Source: Candidatus Bathyarchaeota archaeon
GTDB taxonomy: Archaea; Thermoproteota; Bathyarchaeia; Bathyarchaeales; Bathycorpusculaceae
Assembly: GCA_963739305.1 (NCBI GenBank)
Contig: CAVTZU010000018.1
Span: 1 to 64,000, forward strand
Reading direction: 5' to 3'
DNA: 64,000 bases
Both the position numbers and the translations under genes were made by a program. Below are positions 9,846 through 18,208 of this stretch, in pieces (positions within the stretch are counted from its first letter, which is position 1; the number at the start of each line of letters is the position of its first letter). The notes beneath the pieces were generated by a model. The model searched no databases, was not told the origin of the DNA, and saw nothing but the letters and a program-made list of their open reading frames with translations.

Positions 9846-11183
9846 TTATGGGTAGTGTTGGTTGTAGTGGCTTGCCAACAGTATTGCGTCGTAGATGTCG
9901 ACGATGCTGTCTCCGTTTATGTCTGCGTTGGGGTTCCAGTTTGCTTTTCCCGGCGTAGAATCGAAAGCACCTGCCAGCAATAATGCATCATAGATGTCAA
10001 CTACCCTGTCGCCGTTGACATCGCCAGGCAGCCCGCGGGCGCTGTACAGGTAGCCAACGTAGATCGGATCGTTTTGAATTTGCATTCCGTCCCAGACTGG
10101 AAAACAAATCCTGTATATCAACGAAGATGCGTTGTAATCTAATGTTATATCAGGCCATGAACCGCCGAAGAGGTCGTTAAGGTTCAGGTAATCTCTGAAA
10201 AACATTGTCTGCCATACAACTGGGCCGTAAATCTCAGTCGGAATACTAGAAAGGGCTGCAGCTTCGGCTTTTGCCGGGTGAGTTTCATTGTTTTCGTTTC
10301 GGCTTAGAGTGTAATTGCTGCGGAGAACAAAATCGTACGCTTGTGTCTCGCCCACGGCGATCTGGGCAGTGTCAGCCTCCACGGCTGAATCGTTCGCGCT
10401 TGTCGAGTTGTAAAGTTGACCGTTCACGTAGGTTGAGTATGGTTCCGACGTATAGGTTGACGTTGGGTAGAGCAAAGCCAGGCTCAGGCCGTCTAATGAG
10501 AACTGTGAGGAGTCCAATACGGTTATGTTAGCAACTTCTCCGATGTCGAAGTTTGTTTTCAGGTTTGAGACGTTGCCGTTGAGGCTGAAATCGTAGCTTA
10601 CGGTCAGATGGTCCAGTATCAATTTGGCTGTAACGCCGATGGGAACCGTTGCGTTCTGGAGGTATGCGTAGACGTTTACGTAGGTGAAACCCCACTGGTA
10701 GTGCGGAACGTCGTCGTCCATCGTCTTCTGTATTGGGATTATGCTGTAGCTGTCGCTCATGTTTATGTACATGCAATACAGGATTTCGCTGTCTCCAGAA
10801 GTGAAGTTGGCCTGCGGAATGCCATCGCCGTTTTGGTCTCTGTAGACCTCCATCTTGTCCAATGCGCTTACCACAAAAACCTCCGTACCATCAGACAATA
10901 GTAAGTGCTGCCCCACAAGATTGGCGATCGGCGTAGGGTAGGGGTAGTCGGAGTTAGTGTACAGCACGTAGTTGATGATCTGAGTGCCGGAAACGTTAAT
11001 CCAATCATACCAAATGAGGCAAGGCGAATCTGGGATGGCAATGGTACCATTTGCATATTCCATATTATCAACAGGCAAAGTTGAGGACGCATCTGCAAAG
11101 TTAGGCATACGAAACTGTAGGAACGGTGTGAAACACAAAGTGACTAACAACACTCCGAGCATGACTAACATGAAAAGCTTCAT
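9846..11183 (-). CDS. secreted protein with C-terminal dockerin
   Basis: Signal peptide; GDVNGDRVVDIYD...ADINGDSIVDIYD. Confidence 0.85.
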   Translation of the reverse strand: MKLFMLVMLGVLLVTLCFTPFLQFRMPNFADASSTLPVDNMEYANGTIAIPDSPCLIWYDWINVSGTQIINYVLYTNSDYPYPTPIANLVGQHLLLSDGTEVFVVSALDKMEVYRDQNGDGIPQANFTSGDSEILYCMYINMSDSYSIIPIQKTMDDDVPHYQWGFTYVNVYAYLQNATVPIGVTAKLILDHLTVSYDFSLNGNVSNLKTNFDIGEVANITVLDSSQFSLDGLSLALLYPTSTYTSEPYSTYVNGQLYNSTSANDSAVEADTAQIAVGETQAYDFVLRSNYTLSRNENNETHPAKAEAAALSSIPTEIYGPVVWQTMFFRDYLNLNDLFGGSWPDITLDYNASSLIYRICFPVWDGMQIQNDPIYVGYLYSARGLPGDVNGDRVVDIYDALLLAGAFDSTPGKANWNPNADINGDSIVDIYDAILLASHYNQHYP

Positions 11184-11512
11184 CTTTTCACTATCCCTCT
11201 CGCGGTTGTCTTATAGAGAAGATTTAATTATTAATACTAACCCTTGGTACACCACGTTCGAGAAACTGGTACGGTCAGCGTATTGACGTCAACCCTGGCG
11301 CCTTCGCCATATCACGACAAATCTGTTGTTCCACAGCTCAATCAACGTTTCGCCCTCGCGCCCGCTAGATTCTGATGGTACCTTTCTGTTCCATCTATGT
11401 TCATACCTGTATTCAGAACCAGGTATACAACCAATGGAAGCCTATTACTGGTCGTCCGTCGTGGTTGTCGTCGTTCGTGGTCTTTTAAGAAATCCGTCGT
11501 CGTCCGTCGTAT

Positions 11513-11547
11513 GGTTGGTTGGGTTTGGGGGCAAAGTTTTATCCAAC
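11513..11547. repeat. palindromic site (copy 4, reverse orientation) with GGTT-rich flank
   Basis: GGTTGGTTGGGTTTGGGGGCAAAGTTTTATCCAAC, immediately after the stop of the GNAT gene. Confidence 0.75.
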
Positions 11548-11549
11548 AG

Positions 11550-12092
11550 CTATCTTGAAGCAGTTTTTGTCAGTATTTTTGGTTCTTTCCATTCTTCTCT
11601 CAGGATACTGTAGATATAGGAATCTACCCATTCTCCTCTCATGAAAAAGCTTTTACGAAGTGTTCCTTCCTTCTTAAACCCAACTTTCTCCAAGAGTTTG
11701 TAAGAAGCCACATTTCTTGGGTCAGTTTGAGCTTGAATACGTTTTGTGTCTTTTGAGAGAAACAAGTAATCCACCATTAACTGCGTAGCTTCAGTGCCGT
11801 AGCCTTTTCCCCTCTCACTTGGCACTAAACTATAGCCTATTTCCAGTTGCTTGCCCGCAACATGCAGGACATAAAAATGACCTATGAAACCAATCTTGCT
11901 TCCGTCCTTTTTCTCTATAATGAATGACTTCTCTTCATGAGGGCCCTCAAACATCTTTTCTGCTTCTGTTCTGGACACCTGATGTAGAGGATTGTATTCA
12001 CCAAAGACCTCAGGCTTGTTGAACCATTCTGCAATTAGTGGCAAATCCTCTTTCTCCATAATCCTCAAATTCACATTTTTACCTTCAAGCAA
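11550..12092 (-). CDS. GNAT N-acetyltransferase (RimJ/RimL family)
   Basis: EIGYSLVPSERGKGYGTE...NVASYKLLEKVGF; YSILREEWKEP shared with the 5031 paralog. Confidence 0.92.
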   Translation of the reverse strand: MLEGKNVNLRIMEKEDLPLIAEWFNKPEVFGEYNPLHQVSRTEAEKMFEGPHEEKSFIIEKKDGSKIGFIGHFYVLHVAGKQLEIGYSLVPSERGKGYGTEATQLMVDYLFLSKDTKRIQAQTDPRNVASYKLLEKVGFKKEGTLRKSFFMRGEWVDSYIYSILREEWKEPKILTKTASR

Positions 12093-12129
12093 GTTAACTC
12101 ACCAACCCAACATTTCAAGTCGATTCGGC

Positions 12130-12215
12130 TATAACTTTTCCGCAAAACCAAAAACCGGGTTAAAAGGAGGGAGAGTTATGTCGAAAGCGTAGATCAAAAA
12201 AACGCTGGAATCAGT
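12130..12215. repeat. about 85-bp intergenic repeat, copy 1 (TATAACTTTTCCGCAAAACC...ATGTCGAAAGCGTA...AAAAACGC)
   Basis: Aligns with 12776-12855. Confidence 0.75.
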
Positions 12216-12271
12216 TGTCGTTCACAAAAGACAAGAAAAGAAAGTGGCGACATGATGTGTTTTTGTTGTTC

Positions 12272-12727
12272 TTAACTCTTCTTTAGCTTCCTAAGCATTG
12301 AACCAGCATAGAGCCCTATGAAACTAACCACCAAACCAATGATAACGAGCATAGACCCCATAAGTGCCGAATAAGCGGACCAATCATAATCTGTCCACCC
12401 ACTCGTATTGAACGTGCTATTCATAGAGTCCCTGAGCCAAGGGGTTGCAAGGGGATTGGCGAACCAAATCGAGAAGAATATCAACAATGTAAAGGCTGAC
12501 AGAACAACAATAACTCCAGTTGCTCTAATTCTTGACTCCTCCTGAATCTTCAAGGCAAACACGTAGCCGACAACCAATGAAGCCACCAGAAACGCAATAA
12601 TAAAAGCAAGGTTGTCACTCATCTGGTTAGAATTGAGTGGAGCAAATGCAACCATCAAGAAAGCATCAAGGATTAAACCCACCAAAACCAAAGAAACCGT
12701 AGCTATAATCACGTTACCAAATTTCAA
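12272..12727 (-). CDS. hypothetical 4-TM membrane protein
   Basis: Hydrophobic helices; GGAGGTGA RBS upstream. Confidence 0.8.
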   Translation of the reverse strand: MKFGNVIIATVSLVLVGLILDAFLMVAFAPLNSNQMSDNLAFIIAFLVASLVVGYVFALKIQEESRIRATGVIVVLSAFTLLIFFSIWFANPLATPWLRDSMNSTFNTSGWTDYDWSAYSALMGSMLVIIGLVVSFIGLYAGSMLRKLKKS

Positions 12728-12775
12728 ACAATCACCTCCTTCGAATCAAATAATCACGTGTGTTCATGGTTCAGT

Positions 12776-12855
12776 TATAACTTTTCCGCAAAACCTAGAA
12801 CTAGCTCATAAGGACTGATATGTCGAAAGCGTAAAACAGAAAAACGCCAGAACCC
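12776..12855. repeat. about 85-bp intergenic repeat, copy 2
   Basis: TTATAACTTTTCCGCAAAACC-TAGAACTAGCTCATAAGGACTG-ATATGTCGAAAGCGTA. Confidence 0.75.
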
Positions 12856-12992
12856 ACGGGTCAAACGGGCTTAAGAACCATGTGTCCAGACTGTCCAACA
12901 GGAAAATACACTTTCCAAACTACATCTTGGAGCGATTTGCAAGTTAAAATCGAGTTAATAAATGGGCTCGTCAGAATAGTCAATGGACATTC

Positions 12993-13820
12993 ATGACGAA
13001 TCTAATCTCAGTGTCTAGTGCGCCCATTGCTGGGTTTGAGAACAAAAAATACTACGACCTTATCGGCACATTTGACGTGATGAAAAAGGTCTTCAGCGAA
13101 TCGGTTGTTGATGGTTTTGAGTTGCAACTTGAGCCAGAGTGGGACCGTGAAAATGCACCCTTAACCGATGGTGATTTTGCTGATTGGACTAGGACTCCAA
13201 AATACACAACTGAAGAAGTTGTAGAACTAATCAAAAGTCAGCATTTGCCAATTCTGTCTGTTCATGCAAGCAGGGACGTTGGAAACTATCTTTGCTCTGA
13301 TAAGGAACGAGATTGGCAGAAAGGAAAACATGTCATTTATGATTCATTACTGATTGCTGAAAACTCGGGAGCGGAGATTTGTGTTTTTCACATTTGGGAT
13401 ACTTGGAAAACCAGTTTCGACCTACAAAAAGTTGAGAGTATGCTTCTGGAAGTGGCGGACCAATTCCCAAAAGTGAAGGCATCAGTTGAAAACATTCCAA
13501 CGCATTTAGAAGGTTATACTCCTTTTGGGCTCGTCAAATCATTTGAATACGTGACTATGGATTTGAGATGGGCAGCGATGTATAAGGAACTTGACGCTTT
13601 CGAGTCAATAATCAACGGTATTGTAAATGTTCATCTGCGAGGGAGTCTAAAAGAGAGTAGATGGGTCCTAGAGCGTTCAGACTTTGACTTCTATGAAACC
13701 TTGAACAAAATAAGAAAGGAATGGGGATACTCGGGCTTGCTCACAGTCGAGCCTGAAGGTAGAAGAGAGGGGTCATCGTTTGAAAATTTCCTAGAAGCGA
13801 TGCGCACCTTGAAGACATAG
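12993..13820 (+). CDS. sugar phosphate isomerase/AP endonuclease 2 family TIM barrel
   Basis: SVH, VFH, SVENIP, TMDL, NVHLRG, TVEPE metal-ligand pattern. Confidence 0.75.
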   Translation: MTNLISVSSAPIAGFENKKYYDLIGTFDVMKKVFSESVVDGFELQLEPEWDRENAPLTDGDFADWTRTPKYTTEEVVELIKSQHLPILSVHASRDVGNYLCSDKERDWQKGKHVIYDSLLIAENSGAEICVFHIWDTWKTSFDLQKVESMLLEVADQFPKVKASVENIPTHLEGYTPFGLVKSFEYVTMDLRWAAMYKELDAFESIINGIVNVHLRGSLKESRWVLERSDFDFYETLNKIRKEWGYSGLLTVEPEGRREGSSFENFLEAMRTLKT

Positions 13821-14010
13821 ATTCCTATTTGAGTCCAGCTTTAACATTTCCGCAACAAAACTGTATACTCGATTCCGATACTACCTATATACCTACCCTA
13901 TTATGGTCTTGATTATACTATACCCCTCTTCCATGATAACAGACAAGACAGTGTATCCTGAACCGTGTATACTGCACTGACAATGACTGCCTTTTTCCAC
14001 GGCAGGGCAT

Positions 14011-14073
14011 CGTCGTCAGGGTTGGTTGGTTGGGGTAAAGTTTTATCCCAACCCAACCCCAACAACAACGACG
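14011..14073. repeat. palindromic site (copy 5) inside an extended imperfect inverted repeat
   Basis: CGTCGTCAGGGTTGGTTGGTTGGGGTAAA-GT-TTTATCCCAACCCAACCCCAACAACAACGACG. Confidence 0.85.
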
Positions 14074-14125
14074 GAAAACATTTATCTCTTCTGAAAACCA
14101 TCCACTGCTGGATGCGTGAAGTTGA

Positions 14126-14828
14126 ATGGGCTTGAAGGAAGAGGTACAAGAAATGGCAACACACCTAGGAGCTGACATTTTTGGAGTTGCTTCCGCTGAT
14201 CATTTGAGTGATGCTCCATCGGGGCATCGAACCTAAGGATGTCCTGCCAAATGCGAAGTCTGTTATTGTCATTGGGATGAAGATGCTCGACGCTCAGACG
14301 GACATCCTACCTGTCGATGGAGAGCATTTTGCAGCGTCTCCACGACAGGAAATGTTCCGAGGGCACAATACCTTCATTTCGCAGGACCTTGACAGGATAG
14401 GATATTCCATTGCAAGGTTTCTTGAGAAGAAAGGTTTCAAAGCCTATCATCAGATGGCTTCAACGGGAGGAACGGATACACGTTATCTTATGGGCTTGTT
14501 GTCGCTAAAACACATGGCTGTTCAGGCTGGTCTCGGGGTTCTTGGCTATAACAGTCTGCTCATAACGCAAGAGTTCGGGCCAAGATTACGATTGGCAGCT
14601 ATAGTGACGAACGCAGAAATGAAACCTGACACGCCTATAAACAAGAATTTCTGTAAAACCTGCCAGAACCCATGCATATCCTTGTGCCCAGCGAAGGCGC
14701 TAAAGAAGCCAAGTCGCGAATCCCACTACGAACTCAACAAGTTTGCTTGTTCTCAATACCTAAGCACTCGACCAACATGCAGCATATGCCTAAAGGTGTG
14801 TCCCGTAGGAAGCCAACGCATAAAGTGA
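14126..14828 (+). CDS. epoxyqueuosine reductase (QueG)-like 2x[4Fe-4S] protein, 1-bp frameshift near 14230
   Basis: MGLKEEVQEMATHLGADIFGVAS...APSGHR/PKDVLPNAKSVIV; AGLGVLGYNSLL...FGPRLRL; CxxCxxxCxxxCP and CxxCxxxCP. Confidence 0.8.
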
Positions 14829-14869
14829 GCTAAGAACTAGCACGCGCTGAGAACGCACATAAACTTGTG

Positions 14870-15263
14870 TTAGCTGGGCAGATTATCAATTCTTGGTTTC
14901 CATGACTGCCTCTCGTTCCTTAGAAACTTACTAATAAAAAAGCCTCTTCATTGATTAACGTTCAAGCTCTTGTTGTTCACCCATTCTTACTCTTGGAATT
15001 CTGATTTTGCTCTGGAAGTACGGATTCAAAGCCTTGACAAAATCGTGCGTCTGAGAATCGTTCGGATATTCTCTCTAACCCTTTCGCCTAGTTGAAAAGT
15101 CTTCTGATTTCATTGTGAAGTCTTTTCTGTTCAGTTTTCTGCAATACTGAATAACGAAGTCATCAACTCAAATAACGATAAATTCCATGAAATCACAGAT
15201 CAAACTAGGCTTTCCTTTTGCGATGCTGTGCAAGAATCCAAGATAAGGTTCAAGCTTTGCTCT
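14870..15263 (-). pseudogene. cas1: solo cas1 C-terminal remnant (copy 3, decayed)
   Basis: Reverse strand reads RAKLEPYLGFLHSIAKGKPSLICDFMEFYR...KDFTMKSEDFSTRRKG*REY...IPRVRMGEQQE with indels and a stop; colinear with 9381-9791; absent from the ORF track. Confidence 0.85.
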
Positions 15264-15420
15264 CTACTTCATATTGAACCTAGTGACTCTTGGGTTGTTC
15301 GGAATCTACTGGATTTACGTCTTGCTGAAGGACCCGAATGAACACTTTAGATACCACGTACAGATAGAAGATCAGCTCTTGACCACTTTAGAAACAGGTG
15401 TTACCTAAGATCTAAGTATT

Positions 15421-15458
15421 GCGCGCGCGCTATGCTAAAGTTTTATCGCAAATCCAAA
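15421..15458. repeat. GC palindrome + degenerate site (copy 6)
   Basis: GCGCGCGCGCTATGCTAAA-GT-TTTATCGCAAATCCAAA mirrors the 4159-4200 arrangement. Confidence 0.65.
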
Positions 15459-15753
15459 TCTACTTAACGCGACTTTTCTAACCTTCTTTTGAAGATTTTG
15501 ACTCTTCTCTTCTTAGTGAGCGTTTGTTCTGATCTTAGAACAACCTGTTCAAACACAGGAATAGCAGACAGCTCAAGAGACCCAAAAGAACTCTTGTCGA
15601 CATCATCGTGGGCAGCTTGGGTAACCTTGTTCTGTTTCCTGCTGCCACCTCCATTCCGCAATTGACCAGTTGTTTTGCTCACATCTAGATCCACGGATTC
15701 GAGCAGCACTGAAGCACGAATATCCTTCTGTCGCACTTGATTAATGTGCAACT

Positions 15754-15912
15754 TCAACATCCAATCGTGCAAAAAACTACGCCAAGGACTAACCCAAGAA
15801 CCAAGTGAACCCCCAACTGAGGCGCTGTCTGAGAAAAAAAGGCCGGGGGGTAGGGTGTTTTAGACCTGAAAACACTCAAAATCCATGTTGACCAGTCCTT
15901 CTCTCGACCATC
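15754..15912. repeat. conserved dispersed element, copy A
   Basis: GAAAAAAAGRCCGGGGGGTAGGGTGTTTTAGAC-N10-TCAAAAYCCATGTTGA..AGTCC shared with 31140-31342. Confidence 0.85.
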
Positions 15913-16145
15913 ACACACCTGCAAAAACGTGATAGCCGTCTTTCTGGAACATCTTTCCACAAATGATATCTAAACATTCAAACAACAATAGTACTTGGGA
16001 GAAGGGAAAGTTGTCGCAGAAACAACTAACTAACCAGCCTTTTCTGTCGTCATACTCATCTTCTTCACGTAACCACCCTTCCTACGCATCGTGCCCTTCT
16101 CGAACCGTTAGGTTTTCAACACTGCAAAAAAGGAGGCGATAAGAC

Positions 16146-17153
16146 ATGAATAAAAGAAACAAAATCATCCTCGCCATCGCCCTCGTATGCATCTTCACAA
16201 CCATAATCGTGATGACCAGAATCGGCCAAGGCCAACAACTAACCCCCACATTGTACGTTGACCCGCCACAGACGATATTCAACAGTCTCGTCGTGGGACA
16301 ACGCTTCAACATCAACATCGATGTCCTCAACGTAAGCGACCTCAAAACCTACGAATTTACGCTCAGCTTCAACCCCAACATGCTCACCGTCGTCAGCGAA
16401 TCCTTCCTGCCTGAAGCAAACCTGCCCACTCCAAACTGGCAAATCAACGGGTACGCAGGAACCTTCTGGACCAACGTAACCTACAACACCCCACTCAACA
16501 GCGTGCCACCCGTCACGATCGCAACAATCACCTTCAAAATCTCCAACTACGGAACAAGCCCGCTCACCTTCACAAACGACAAACTCGGCAACACCACAGG
16601 CCTACTCATGCCCCACGAAACAGTCGGCGGAAGCGTATCCGTCCTGAACCACGACGTAGCCATAACCAGCATAACCGCTTCAACAAACGAAACCTATGAT
16701 GGACGAATCGTCAACGTAACAACAACCGCACAAAACCTCGGGTTGGCAACTGAAAACTTCACCGTCAACATCTACGCAGACACCAACCTCATCGGAACCA
16801 CAAGCGTGTTTAACCTACTGCCTAACCAAACAACAATCATCGAAACGTCATGGAACACCAGCGGCTACGCAAACATGACAGCATACACATTAAGCGCCCA
16901 AGCAACCCCCGTCCCATACGAAACCAACCTCGCCAACAACGCCCTCACAGACGGAACCGTAAAAATCAAAATAATAGGCGACGTCAACGGAGACGGAACC
17001 GTCAGCATACTCGACCTACAAGCATGGGACGCAGCCTACGGAAGCAGTCAAGGAATGCCAAACTGGAATCCTCAAGCAGACCTCAACAACGACGGAACAG
17101 TCGACAAAGCAGACGGAATGCTGATCATACTGAACTACGGAAACCACCTATAA
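16146..17153 (+). CDS. secreted cohesin-CARDB-dockerin protein
   Basis: Signal peptide; cohesin-like domain (FLPEANLPTP, cf. FLPDANLPSP in the 3348 gene); HDVAITSIT CARDB; GDVNGDGTV...ADLNNDGTVD. Confidence 0.85.
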   Translation: MNKRNKIILAIALVCIFTTIIVMTRIGQGQQLTPTLYVDPPQTIFNSLVVGQRFNINIDVLNVSDLKTYEFTLSFNPNMLTVVSESFLPEANLPTPNWQINGYAGTFWTNVTYNTPLNSVPPVTIATITFKISNYGTSPLTFTNDKLGNTTGLLMPHETVGGSVSVLNHDVAITSITASTNETYDGRIVNVTTTAQNLGLATENFTVNIYADTNLIGTTSVFNLLPNQTTIIETSWNTSGYANMTAYTLSAQATPVPYETNLANNALTDGTVKIKIIGDVNGDGTVSILDLQAWDAAYGSSQGMPNWNPQADLNNDGTVDKADGMLIILNYGNHL

Positions 17154-17238
17154 CCCCCCATTTCTCTTTTTTCAAAACTCTTTTTCCCCAAACGCCCGCA
17201 TATATATTAACCAACAACAGAGTAATCTAACCCCCACA

Positions 17239-17317
17239 GGGCCCGTGGTCTAGTCTGGATTATGACACTGGCCTGCGAAGCCGGAAATCCTGGGTTCAAA
17301 TCCCAGCGGGCCCGCCA
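17239..17317 (+). tRNA. tRNA-Arg(GCG)
   Basis: GGGCCCG acceptor stem; CTGGC-CTGCGAA-GCCGG anticodon arm; GGTTCAAATCC; encoded CCA. Confidence 0.95.
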
Positions 17318-17427
17318 CCACACTAACCGAACCCGATCTATCGCACAAGAAACTCGTCAAAGAACACGACTTTAATAGGACCAAACCAACAAAAGAAAAC
17401 AGATAGCGCATCATCCAAGGTGAACTT

Positions 17428-18040
17428 ATGCAACCCGCAACGACTAACACACGAAAATTCGTCGCAGTCGACCCAAGCAAATGCACAGGCTGCGGCATAT
17501 GCGAATACGCGTGCACACAAGAAAAAAACGAGCACTGGGACCCCCTAAAATCAAGAATACGCGTCATCCGCCTCACGCCGATGCTCAACACCACAATGAC
17601 CTGCAGATTCTGCAAGAACGCTCCATGCGTCAAAGCCTGCTCTGAAAAAGCCCTAACCCAAACAGAAACAACCGGCCTCCTGACCATCAACGAGCGCAAA
17701 TGCAACGGCTGCGACTGGTGCATCCAAGCCTGCCCCTACGGCGGAATAACCCTTGACCCCGACAGACGCGTCGTCATAACCTGTGACCTATGCAACGGAG
17801 AACCAAAATGCATCGAATTCTGCCCAGAAGAAGCCCTAGAACTCGTTTCAGATGACGAAGCCGTCGAAAGAAAATGGATCACCGCCCTCGAAAAAATCCC
17901 CGCGCAAGCCGAAAAAATCACGAACGCCGTCAAAAAGAAAGAATGGACCAAGCATCATGTCAGAGGCAGAAAAAAGAGCGAAGAAAACCACTGAGAAGCT
18001 CGAAAACATAAGCAAAAGAAAACAAACAAAAGAGAAATGA
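17428..18040 (+). CDS. 4Fe-4S dicluster protein (probable frameshift near 17950; ORF track ends at 17994)
   Basis: Four CxxCxxxC-type motifs (CTGCGICEYAC, CRFCKNAPCVKAC, CNGCDWCIQACP, CDLCNGEPKCIEFCP). Confidence 0.85.
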
Positions 18041-18208
18041 TGCATCGGAAAGCCTAGACTATCGATTCAAGTCGGATAGTTTCCCGTTCTCTGATCTTCT
18101 TGCACCACTGGCAACAGGTGAACGTGCCAGATTGTATGTTTGAAAAAGAAAATTCTCTTAAGCACGTTTGCACACTTGCATCGAAGGCAAACTCTTAGGA
18201 GACTACAA

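Noticed and set aside
11326-11613. ORF with poly-Val tract
   Set aside because: Translation of the (GTC)n low-complexity tract and the site; overlaps the GNAT antisense.
15464-15772. 102-aa ORF next to element A
   Set aside because: No recognisable motif; cannot be supported as a gene, though it may be real.
15920-15965. ORB-like TTTCTGGAA...TTTCCAC
   Set aside because: Poor match to the archaeal ORB consensus, not present in copy B, and no cdc6 in the window.
1-17200. CRISPR array near the cas1 remnants
   Set aside because: No regularly spaced 25-45 bp repeats with spacers; the repeats are hundreds to thousands of bp apart.
1-17200. Complete casposon or IS element
   Set aside because: No intact cas1, PolB, transposase, or paired TIR with target-site duplication could be identified.
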